A stretch of 32,000 bases of DNA from Alkalilimnicola ehrlichii MLHE-1 (GTDB lineage Bacteria > Pseudomonadota > Gammaproteobacteria > Nitrococcales > Halorhodospiraceae). How positions within the stretch are numbered: the first letter of the stretch is position 1; each line of letters starts with the position of its first letter. Of this stretch, positions 8,091 through 16,354 are shown in pieces. Made by a program: the position numbers and the translations under genes. Location: NCBI RefSeq assembly GCF_000014785.1, contig NC_008340.1, positions 2,610,001 to 2,642,000 on the forward strand, read 5' to 3'. The notes below the pieces were generated by a model. That model was not told the origin of the DNA. It made no database searches and saw only the letters and a list, made by a program, of their open reading frames with translations.

Positions 8091-8705
8091 ATGACCCGGG
8101 GCACTCGCAACGCACTACGGCCCTGCCCCGCCTGTGGCGAGGGTCGCCTGGAGCCCAGGCAAACGACTCAGCGGGCGGAACATGCCGGCCTCAGCGAGGC
8201 AATCCCATTGCACTACGCCGTGTGCGACACCTGCGGATCCGAACTCGCAGAAGCCCCCGAGGCGAAAGCCAACAAGCGCGCCATGACCGCATTTCGCAAG
8301 CGCGCCGATGGCCTGCTCACCGGGGCGCAGATGCGGCAGGCCCGCAAAGCGCTGGGGCTTACGCAGGCGCAGGCCGCAAAGCTGTTCGGCGGCGGCCAAG
8401 TAGCCTTCTCCCGCTATGAGAACGACGACATCACGCAAAGCGAGGCCATGGACAGCCTGGTCCGCGTTTGCCTGGCCCAACCAGCCAACCTGACATTGCT
8501 GGCTGACCAAAAGGGCGTCTCAGCAATATTCACAACGGACGACAACTGGGCCAACGCACTCGTGCGGCGCCACATCCTTGGCATCAAGAGCGCCCTGGAG
8601 CACCAGATCGCCCCGGACCGCGTTGCCGAGCCAAGCCCTCAAGACCCCTTGAAGCGACACGCCAAAGTCATTGACATTCAGCGTTGGAGAAAAGCCGCAG
8701 CATGA
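8091..8705 (+). CDS. mqsA: MqsA-family antitoxin with extended C-terminus
   Basis: N-terminal zinc motifs CPACG and CDTCG, then HTH LTGAQMRQARKALGLTQAQAAKLFGGGQVAFSRYENDDITQSEAMDSLVRV. About 60 extra residues follow. Confidence 0.85.
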   Translation: MTRGTRNALRPCPACGEGRLEPRQTTQRAEHAGLSEAIPLHYAVCDTCGSELAEAPEAKANKRAMTAFRKRADGLLTGAQMRQARKALGLTQAQAAKLFGGGQVAFSRYENDDITQSEAMDSLVRVCLAQPANLTLLADQKGVSAIFTTDDNWANALVRRHILGIKSALEHQIAPDRVAEPSPQDPLKRHAKVIDIQRWRKAAA

Positions 8706-9139
8706 AAGCCAGCCCGCTGACCCTGCACGGGATCGAGTTCGTGCGCGTCCACGTAGAATCCGATCTCGAGGCGGAAACACGCCGTGCAGAGCAATTCCAG
8801 TTCGACGGCACCACTCTAAAGTGGGGGCTGGACCACGGTCGCGACGAGGATAACGGAACTTGGTGGGTGGCCGTTGGTTTCGGGACCCACCAAGAGGACG
8901 ACGAACCACGGTGTCCCTACATTTTGGATGTCCAGGCCGTCGGCATCGTTTCTGTCTCGGACCAGCTCCCCGAGAAAGACCACGAAAAACTCGCTTTCGA
9001 ATACGGCGCCGCCCTCGTCTACGGCGCCATTCGCGAGATGGTCACCAACATCACCGCCCGTAGCCTCGCCGGACCGCTAATGCTTCCCACGCCAAGCTTC
9101 ATCGGCGCACTGGAAACAAGAAAGCAGCCGGGCAACTGA
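8702..9139 (+). CDS. SecB-like chaperone (TAC-system chaperone)
   Basis: GAIREMVTNITARSLAGPLMLPTPSFIGAL resembles the SecB C-terminal signature. ATGA overlap with mqsA. Confidence 0.65.
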   Translation: MKASPLTLHGIEFVRVHVESDLEAETRRAEQFQFDGTTLKWGLDHGRDEDNGTWWVAVGFGTHQEDDEPRCPYILDVQAVGIVSVSDQLPEKDHEKLAFEYGAALVYGAIREMVTNITARSLAGPLMLPTPSFIGALETRKQPGN

Positions 9140-9160
9140 GAGACACCGCTTGCCTCCCCA

Positions 9161-9703
9161 CCCCGTCATCGCGAGGGCCGAAGGCTTTCCCCCCGTCATC
9201 GCGAGGGCCGAAGGCTTTCCCCCCGTCATCGCGAGGGCCGGAGGCCCGTGGCGATCCAGAGGGGTAGACTGCCGCGTCGGCTTCGCCTCCTCGCAGTGAC
9301 GGGGTGGCCCCTCCCCCCGTCATCGCGAGGGCCGGAGGCCCGTGGCGATCCAGGGCGGTAGACTGCCGCGTCGGCTTCGCCTCCTCGCAGTGACGGGGTG
9401 GCCCCTCCCCCCGTCATCGCGAGGGCCGGAGGCCCGTGGCGATCCAGGGCGGTAGACTGCCGCGTCGGCTTCGCCTCCTCGCAGTGACGGGGTGGCCCCT
9501 GCCCCGTCATCGCGAGGGCCGGAGGCCCGTGGCGATCCAGAGGGGTAGACTGCCGCGTCGGCTTCGCCTCCTCGCAGTGACGGGGTGGCCCCTCCCCCCG
9601 TCATCGCGAGGGCCGAAGGCCCGTGGCGATCCAGGGCGGTAGACTGCCGCGTCGGCTTCGCCTCCTCGCAGTGACGGGGTGGCCCCTCCCCCCGTCATCG
9701 CAA
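9161..9703 (+). repeat. Array R5: three 30-bp left-end repeats, then five tandem ~94-bp hairpin units and a truncated sixth
   Basis: CCCCGTCATC at 9161, 9191 and 9221 (exact 30-bp period). CGTC at 9224, 9318, 9412, 9505, 9599 and 9693. Confidence 0.97.
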
Positions 9704-9707
9704 GGGG

Positions 9708-9953
9708 TGGACCCAGGAAGAACTCGCTGAGCGAGTCGGCGTTGGCGTGATCACGATCCGCCGGGTTGCCAAGGGCTCCCCCCGGGTGGCCATCGGCACT
9801 TACTTTGAAGCGGCCGCACTGGTTGGGGTTTCACTGTTCACCGATGATCCGGACAGGCTCAAACGCGAGCATGCAACCCAGCAGGAACGGCTGACGCTGC
9901 TACCCAAGCGAGTCCGTCGTCAAACACCAGAGCCCCTCGACGATGATTTCTAG
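9708..9953 (+). pseudogene. Truncated HipB-like (XRE) antitoxin fragment
   Basis: Frame reads TQEELAERVGVGVITIRRVAKGSPRVAIGTYFEAAALVGVSLFTDD...LLPKRVRRQTPEPLDDDF. The HTH start is missing and the repeat array abuts the break. Confidence 0.65.
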
Positions 9954-10185
9954 CAACCGCGCTTATGTCTGGATCTGGCTGCCCGGCCAGACATCGCCTG
10001 TAGTAGCCGGACTTGTTGAGCGCGACGACCAAGACCGGTACCGCTTTGCCTATGGTCGGCGCTATCTGGCCCGTGAAGATGCAATCAGCCTGTATCCCGA
10101 CGAACTGCCCTGCTGTAGTCATCGCCGCCAGCGGCATGTGCGAATGACGAACCACGGCTTCCCCAGCATTTCCCTAACGGCCTGA
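9943..10185 (+). pseudogene. Truncated HipA-like N-terminal fragment
   Basis: MISSNRAYVWIWLPGQTSPVVAGLVERDDQDRYRFAYGRRYLAREDAISLYPDELP resembles the HipA N-terminal domain. The remainder of the kinase is absent. Confidence 0.65.
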
Positions 10186-10331
10186 AACATGCAGCAGCGG
10201 TGTTAGACTAAACCGAGGTCAAAACCCTCATCGCCACGTGGTGGATCAAAGGCCAGAACATTGCCCACGAGCCCCAGGAATACACAAGGCTCCGAGAAAA
10301 ATCGCCGTCCTCAAGAATTGCCCATGGAGAC

Positions 10332-10766
10332 ATGATGCGGACTCGAGCCCGCCCCAAAAGGAATTCCAAGCGCCGGCTACATCCTGAATTGACCGTCGAG
10401 CGGCGCCGGGCACTCGCCCAGTGTGTCAAATATGTCGGCAGCCCCTTGCACAAGCGCAACCCCGGTGATTTCGGGCTGACGCCGCCCGTTGCGGCCCGTC
10501 CCGGGAAGAGCCTGTGTGATGATGTCTCGATCTTCGAGCGAGACAAGGCTCAGGTGCTGCTGCGAGAGGGAGTGCAAGCGGGCCTTGTAAGCCGTGATGC
10601 CGACGAGGGCTTCCCGCGCCACATCTGGATGGTTCACGAAGGGCGAGTCATCGAGGCACGTTGTGACAACATGGAAGCCGGAACCTACCATGGCTACCCC
10701 CTGGAAGCCGACGATCCCATGGCCGATGCTGTAAAGCGCGAATGGAGCCGGAGGCAAGCAGAATGA
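10332..10766 (+). CDS. Conserved-looking hypothetical protein, first gene of a coupled pair
   Basis: 144 aa with motif blocks YVGSPLHK, GFPRHIW and EARCDNMEAGTYHGYPLE. 4-bp ATGA overlap with the next gene. Confidence 0.7.
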   Translation: MMRTRARPKRNSKRRLHPELTVERRRALAQCVKYVGSPLHKRNPGDFGLTPPVAARPGKSLCDDVSIFERDKAQVLLREGVQAGLVSRDADEGFPRHIWMVHEGRVIEARCDNMEAGTYHGYPLEADDPMADAVKREWSRRQAE

Positions 10767-12097
10767 GCGATACCCTGCGATTCGACTGGGAGTGGCTGGC
10801 CTACCCAGAATTGCCTGCTGAAGAGGCTGTGACCTTTGCTGACCTGAGCATCCGGCTCAACGACAAGGCCATGACTCGCCTCTACGACGTGGCCGCCAAG
10901 ACCGAGCGCGACAACCTTTTCGCTGCCGCGTACCCGTTGGCTCAATTTCTAGCGGAAAACTGGTGGCGCATCCGCTGGGAGCCCGCGCCGGCCAGTCTTT
11001 CAAACGCGGGGCCACAGTGGCGTCTGGCGCATAACATCGCAGCCGCTGGTGCCGGCTATGTCTGGCCCAACATCACCTTCCACGGCGATGGCGAGCGGAT
11101 GTTCATGCACGTCGGACCCCACACCTCTGAGTCCTCCGCCGTGCAGTTCGTCTCGGAGGGAAATGGTGTGCTCGACGCCGCAATGTTCGAAGCAGAGGCC
11201 GATCGTTTCATGGAAGGCGTCTTGGCCCGACTGCAAGCCTGTGGCCACCCGGATACGGAGCTCGAACAGCTCTGGCGAGCGGTCCAGGCCGAGCGTTCCA
11301 GCAACGAAGACTGTGAGCGGCGGCGGCTGGAGGCCATGGCGGGCTTCGATCCCGACGAAGCGCCAGAGGCCATGCTGGACGAACTGTTGCAGCTCGAACA
11401 GCGCCTTGGGGTTTCAGCCATCCGAGAATTGGCTGCGGCCTCGCGGGCAAACACACTGGACCATGTGCGAACCCTGGAAGAGGCACTTTGTGCTCGGGGC
11501 CTTCGGTATCAGGTCCCGGATACGAGTCGAATGAGGATTGAATGGCCTGCCCCGCCATGGCGCAGGGCTGTCGAAGTCGCAAAGGCCGCTCGACAGGCCT
11601 GGGGCCTGAACAATGGCCCACTGGATAACACGCAGCTCGCCGCCATCGTGGATCTACCGCGCGAGCAGCTTGACTCTTCGGCACCTGAAGCAGTGCCCTA
11701 CAGCGCGAGCCTGCGCGGGGGGGAAGAGGGCGACAGACTAGTGTTCAGAACCGGCCATCGGCACGGACGCCGCTTCGCAATCGGTCGCCTGATGGGTGAC
11801 GCCTTCTACTCACCCGGGGAAGGGGGGGCACTGGCGGCCGCAACGGATGCCCGGACGGGACGCCAGAAGTTTCAGCGGGCCTTCGCGCAGGAGCTGCTGT
11901 GCCCATTCGAGGCATTGAGCGACTTTCTCAACCTGGGCCAGGACTGGGATGCATGTGACGATATCACCCCCCCGAACGAGGACCGCATCGAAGAGGCAGC
12001 GGAGTATTTCGACGTCTCACCGGTGCTCGTTCAGAGCACGCTTGTCAACCACAACGTCTTGCCCCGCGACGTACTCGAAATAACGGACGCCGCCTGA
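10763..12097 (+). CDS. ImmA/IrrE-like protein lacking a recognisable HExxH motif, function unknown
   Basis: MSDTLRFDWEW... start at 10763. C-terminus GRRFAIGRLMGDAF...TGRQKFQRAFAQELLCPFEAL...RIEEAAEYFDVSPVLVQSTLVNHNVLPRD resembles the metallopeptidase fold region without the zinc site. Confidence 0.65.
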   Translation: MSDTLRFDWEWLAYPELPAEEAVTFADLSIRLNDKAMTRLYDVAAKTERDNLFAAAYPLAQFLAENWWRIRWEPAPASLSNAGPQWRLAHNIAAAGAGYVWPNITFHGDGERMFMHVGPHTSESSAVQFVSEGNGVLDAAMFEAEADRFMEGVLARLQACGHPDTELEQLWRAVQAERSSNEDCERRRLEAMAGFDPDEAPEAMLDELLQLEQRLGVSAIRELAAASRANTLDHVRTLEEALCARGLRYQVPDTSRMRIEWPAPPWRRAVEVAKAARQAWGLNNGPLDNTQLAAIVDLPREQLDSSAPEAVPYSASLRGGEEGDRLVFRTGHRHGRRFAIGRLMGDAFYSPGEGGALAAATDARTGRQKFQRAFAQELLCPFEALSDFLNLGQDWDACDDITPPNEDRIEEAAEYFDVSPVLVQSTLVNHNVLPRDVLEITDAA

Positions 12098-12121
12098 GAA
12101 CCCGAGGAGCCAAACAACACA

Positions 12122-12620
12122 CTGTCATCGCGAGGGCCGAAGGCTTTCCCCCGTCATCGCGAGCCCCCCACCCCGCTGCGCGGGCCCGAATCAACGAGGA
12201 ACGGGGCACCCCCGGTCATCGCGAGGGCCGAAGGCCCGTGGCGATCCAGGGCGGTAGACTGCCGCGTCGGCTTCGCCTCCTCGCAGTGACGGTGGGGGCG
12301 ACTTTCCGCTTCCGGCACAGTCAAGTTCTTCAAGAGGGCCGAAGGCCCGTGGCGATCCAGGGCGGTAGACTGCCACGTCGGCTTCGCCTCCTCGCAGTGA
12401 CGGGGTGGCCCCTCCCCCCGTCATCGCGAGGGCCGAAGGCCCGTGGCGATCCAGAGGGGTAGACTGCCACGTCGGCTTCGCCTCCTCGCAGTGACGGTGG
12501 GGATGGGGCCCCGCTCGCAGTGACGGTGTGGATGGGCCCCCGCTCGCAGTGACGGTGGGGGCGGGTCCGCTCCTCGCGGTGACGGTGGGGGCGGGTCCAC
12601 GCTTGCAGTGGCGATGAGGC
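12122..12620 (+). repeat. Array R6: three hairpin units (one missing its left end) plus right-end fragments
   Basis: Units at 12214-12292, 12336-12402 and 12417-12497, then tandem 'gctcgcagtgacggtg' fragments. Contains the same linker 'cgcttccggcacagtcaagttcttcaagag' as R2. Confidence 0.92.
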
Positions 12621-12648
12621 ACCACCACCCAAAAAGGAGAACACCACC

Positions 12649-14031
12649 ATGGACGACCCCACCCTCCTCCACCACGGCGGCGCTGACGGCGTCACCGGCA
12701 GTTGCCACCAACTCTACGCCAGCCCCGACCACTCACTCCTCATCGACTGCGGCCTCTTCCAAGGCGAAGACGCCGGCCCCGACCCCCTCGCCCAACACAC
12801 CGTCGACTTCGACGTCGACACCCTCCAGGCCCTCGTCCTCACCCACGTCCACATCGACCACGTCGGCCGGCTGCCCTACCTGCTGGCCGCCGGCTACCGC
12901 GGCCCCATCCTCTGCAGCCACCCCTCCGCCCACCTGCTGCCGCTGGTCATTGACGACGCCCTGCGCATCGGCTTCACCCGTGACGGCCAACTCATCGCGC
13001 GCTTCCAGCAGCAGGTCCAAAACCAACTGACCCCCCTCAAATACAGCCGCTGGCACACCGTCACCGACAACCGCCACCTCACCCTCAAGGTCCGCCTGGA
13101 GCGCGCCGGCCACATCCTCGGCTCCGCCTACGTCAAAGTCGCCATCCGGGACAAACGCACCGGCCGCACACACCGCACCGTCTTCTCAGGCGACCTGGGC
13201 GCCCCCGGCTCGCCGCTGCTGCCCGCCCCGCAATCGCCCCACCACGCCGACCTCCTCGTCCTGGAGGCCACCTACGGCGACCGCAGCCACGAAAACCGCG
13301 ACCAGCGCCGCCACCGCCTGCGCCAGGCCATCGAACACGCCGTGCAGGACGGCGGCACCGTCATCATCCCCGCCTTCAGCATCGGCCGCACCCAGGTGCT
13401 GCTCCACGAGCTGGAAGCGCTCACCCACACCGCCCAAGGCCCCTGGCGCCACCTGCGCATCATCGTCGACTCCCCCCTGGCCGCCCGCTTCAACCGCGTC
13501 TACCGCCGCCTGAAACCCTACTGGGACCAAGAGGCCAGAAAACGGGCCCGACAAGGCCGCCACCCCCTCAACTTCAGCCGCCTGCACACCGTCGACAGCC
13601 ACGCCCAACACCAACACACCGTCACCACCCTGGCCCAGGGCGGCCACCCGGCCGTGGTCATCGCCGCCAGCGGCATGTGCGCCGGCGGCCGCGTCGTCAA
13701 CTACCTGAAAGCCATGCTCGGCGACCCACGCCACCACGTGCTGTTCGTCGGCTACCAAGCGGAAGGCACCCCCGGGCGGGACATCCAGCGCTACGGCCCA
13801 ACCGGCGGCTGGGTAGACCTGGACGGAGAACGGTTCGACATCCGCGCCGGCGTCACCACCATCGGCGGCTACTCCGCCCATGCAGACCAACAGGACCTAC
13901 TGCGGTTCGTACAACAGATGAAGCGCCCACCCGGCACCATCCGACTGGTGCACGGCAGCGCCCGCGCCCGGGAGACACTGGCCAACGCCCTCACCCGGCA
14001 GGGCCATACCGTGACCCAGGGAGGGTCATGA
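12649..14031 (+). CDS. MBL-fold/beta-CASP hydrolase (RNA-processing exonuclease-like)
   Basis: LTHVHIDHVGRLPYL, SGDLGAPGSPLLP, LEATYGDRSH, PAFSIGRTQVLLHEL, VVIAASGMCAGGRV, GGYSAHADQQDLL. Confidence 0.9.
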   Translation: MDDPTLLHHGGADGVTGSCHQLYASPDHSLLIDCGLFQGEDAGPDPLAQHTVDFDVDTLQALVLTHVHIDHVGRLPYLLAAGYRGPILCSHPSAHLLPLVIDDALRIGFTRDGQLIARFQQQVQNQLTPLKYSRWHTVTDNRHLTLKVRLERAGHILGSAYVKVAIRDKRTGRTHRTVFSGDLGAPGSPLLPAPQSPHHADLLVLEATYGDRSHENRDQRRHRLRQAIEHAVQDGGTVIIPAFSIGRTQVLLHELEALTHTAQGPWRHLRIIVDSPLAARFNRVYRRLKPYWDQEARKRARQGRHPLNFSRLHTVDSHAQHQHTVTTLAQGGHPAVVIAASGMCAGGRVVNYLKAMLGDPRHHVLFVGYQAEGTPGRDIQRYGPTGGWVDLDGERFDIRAGVTTIGGYSAHADQQDLLRFVQQMKRPPGTIRLVHGSARARETLANALTRQGHTVTQGGS

Positions 14032-14076
14032 CTTCAGAGGCCCGGCACTCCCGCCACGGCGGGGCCCCGCCCCCTC

Positions 14077-14405
14077 CCCCGTCACTGCGAGCGCCGAAGG
14101 GGCGTGACAGTCCATACGGCGTGTGGATCGCCGCGTCGCTTCGCTCCTCGCGATGACGGGGGCGGCGCCCCCACCGTCACCGCGAGAGCGGACCCGCCCC
14201 CACCGTCACTGCGGGCGGGGGCCCATCCACACCGTCACTGCGAGGAGGCGAAGCCGACGTGGCAGTCTACCCCTCTGGATCGCCACGGGCCTTCGGCCCT
14301 CGCGATGACGGGGGAAAGCCTTCGGCCCTCGCGATGACGGGGGAAAGCCTTCGACCCTCGCGATGACGGTGAGAAAGCCCTCGGCCCTCACGATAACGGA
14401 AGCAC
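14077..14405 (-). repeat. Array R7: hairpin repeat units in the opposite orientation
   Basis: CCGTCACTGCGAGGAGGCGAAGCC...GGATCGCCACGGGCCTTCGGCCCTCGCGATGACGG (14231-14311), then 30-bp 'ggggaaagccttcggccctcgcgatgacgg' repeats. Confidence 0.9.
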
Positions 14406-14514
14406 CACCCCCAACTAATCCTTCCGATAGGTTGCACCGCACCATCCCCCATGCTTTACTCCCTAACATCGTTCACCCAGTGAACGACACAACCCTTCGC
14501 ACCCCCCAAGGATG

Positions 14515-14560
14515 GCCGTGCCACCGCATGTCATCCTTGCGGTAGCGTGCCCGAAAGCCG
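14515..14560 (+). repeat. 46-bp direct repeat, left copy (flanks AAA/DUF4276 module)
   Basis: gccgtgccaccgcatgtcatccttgcggtagcgtgcccgaaagccg. Matches 16355-16400 with a single mismatch. Confidence 0.97.
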
Positions 14561-14657
14561 GCACCAGGATATGAAAGCAGACGGCTCCCAAACGACATGC
14601 GACAAGGTTTTGGGACCCTACACGTATTGAGGCACACCGAATGAAGGGACTGATTCA

Positions 14658-15788
14658 ATGACATCGGAATCGGACCTGTGTAGCCGAATTTCACGCGTGA
14701 GCATCCGCGGGTTCCGTAGCCTAGCCTGTGTCGAGAACCTTGAGCTCCCGCAACTAGCGGTCCTGATTGGGGCAAACGGATCGGGCAAATCCAACCTCAT
14801 CCGATTCTTCGAGATGCTGAGCTACTCGCTCAAGGGCCGGAACCTTCAGCAGTTCGTGATCGAAAAAGGGGGCGGTGACGACCAGCTCTTTTTCGGAGCG
14901 CGGACCACGTCCCGCCTGGAAGCAGAGATCGCGCTGGAGACTGAGCAGGGCACCAATGAGTACCGGATGGCCCTGACCCACGTCGCACCAGACTCCCTGG
15001 CCTTCGCCGAAGAGGCTTTCCGGTTCTCCCGGCACGACCGCGAAGGCAGCAGCGACTGGATTCACCTCCCCATGCCGGCTCAGGAATCGGGCCTGCCGGT
15101 GGCCGCAGCGGATAGTGGTCAGCGGTCGCGGCGCACAGCACGCACGCTCCTTTACCTGCTGCGCAACTGCGCCACCTTCCAGTTTCATGACACCTCGGCA
15201 AAGGCCAGTCTGAACATGCGCTGGGATGAGAGCGAAAACGCACGCATGCGCTCGGATGGCGGAAACCTGGCCCCCATACTGCTGCATCTTTCTCAGGAGC
15301 ATCCCCGGCGTTACCGGCTCATCACGCGGCAGATTCAACGCGTTCTCCCCGTGTTCGAAGACTTCGACCTGCAATCGACGGGGGGCAAGGTGTTGCTGCG
15401 CTGGCGCGCCCGAAACAGCGACAACACCTTCGGGCCGCATCTGACATCGGACGGCTCGCTGCGACTGTTTTGCCTATTCACCCTGCTCAATCTGCCGGGG
15501 GAAATGCTCCCGGACGTACTCATGATCGACGAACCGGAACTGGGCCTTCATCCGCACGCTATCGCCCTGACCGCCGATATGCTCAAGAGCCTCTCCGTCC
15601 ATCGGCAAGTCTTCATCGCCACCCAGTCACCACTGATGGTCGACGCCTTCGACGTGGATAACATCCTCGTCGCCAGCCTGAAAGACGGCGCAACAGACCT
15701 GACGCCCATGGACCGTGACGAATACCGGGTCTGGCTTGAAAGCGGCTACCAGCCCTCGGATCTATGGCTCAAAGAACCGGTGGGCTGA
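14658..15788 (+). CDS. AAA-family ATPase (RecF/SMC-like, AAA_21 type)
   Basis: SRISRVSIRGFRSL, Walker A LIGANGSGKSNLIRFF, LTSDGSLRLFCLFTLL, Walker B DVLMIDEPELGLHPHA, FIATQSPLMVDAF. Confidence 0.88.
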   Translation: MTSESDLCSRISRVSIRGFRSLACVENLELPQLAVLIGANGSGKSNLIRFFEMLSYSLKGRNLQQFVIEKGGGDDQLFFGARTTSRLEAEIALETEQGTNEYRMALTHVAPDSLAFAEEAFRFSRHDREGSSDWIHLPMPAQESGLPVAAADSGQRSRRTARTLLYLLRNCATFQFHDTSAKASLNMRWDESENARMRSDGGNLAPILLHLSQEHPRRYRLITRQIQRVLPVFEDFDLQSTGGKVLLRWRARNSDNTFGPHLTSDGSLRLFCLFTLLNLPGEMLPDVLMIDEPELGLHPHAIALTADMLKSLSVHRQVFIATQSPLMVDAFDVDNILVASLKDGATDLTPMDRDEYRVWLESGYQPSDLWLKEPVG

Positions 15789-16354
15789 GTGATGAGTTCC
15801 AGTGTTCGATTGCTTGTGGTCTGCGAGGGACAGACAAGGGCGGAGGAAACGTCAACATCGAGCGACTGGCTATCCACCTGGCCAACGAATACCCCAACCA
15901 TGACTTTGTCACCACGTTGGTCGACCTCTACGGGTTCAGTGACCGGGAAGGACGAAGTCGGACAGAGCTTGAAGAGGCCATCCGCGAAGCCGTCCTAAGC
16001 CGTCGTCGAGACATTCAGACGGATAGAGTCATCCCGTATGTGCAGCAGTATGAATTCGAAGCGCTGCTGTTCAGCGATATTCAGGGTTTTCAATGGGTGG
16101 TTGATGGCTGGTCCACTGGGGCAGAGCGCCAACTTCAGAGCATCGTCGATAATTACTCGGACCCCGAGCAAATCAACGACAACCCGACCACCGCGCCCTC
16201 GAAACGCCTGGAAGCCATCTTCCGCGGTTACTATCGGAAGACCGAACATGGCCCGATCATTGCCGAAGAAATCGGGTTGGCAGTGATCCGCAGTCAGTGC
16301 CCAGGCTTCGACGGTTGGATAACCAAACTGGAAGGCCTTAATCGACCGCGTTAA
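15789..16354 (+). pseudogene. DUF4276-like partner, frameshifted/internally deleted
   Basis: Intact start MMSSSVRLLVVCEGQT in one frame. The rest (DKGGGNVNIERLAIHLANEYPNHDFVTTLVDLYGF...VQQYEFEALLFSDI...) is in another frame, and the segment expected between them is missing. Confidence 0.7.

Noticed and set aside
9099-9698. Overlapping minus-strand ORFs with repetitive peptides (TPSLRGGEADAAVYRPGSPRASGPRDDGG)
   Set aside because: These are read-throughs of the hairpin repeat arrays; the same peptide appears in every array and has no independent start or RBS support. Same applies to 1562-2091, 6242-6607, 7169-7628 and 12191-12732.
9161-9703. Possible CRISPR array
   Set aside because: Units are direct tandem or near-tandem copies with almost identical linkers and no unique spacers; no cas genes seen.
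12702-13030. Plus-strand alternative ORFs within the beta-CASP gene (12702-12953, 12608-13030)
   Set aside because: Low-complexity Pro/Arg/Thr/Ser products in wrong frames of a clear MBL/beta-CASP gene.
1588-14405. Hairpin repeats as integron attC sites
   Set aside because: The cassette-like layout is suggestive, but no GTTRRRY core sites or integrase were seen, units occur in tandem, and orientation flips. Kept only as an analogy.
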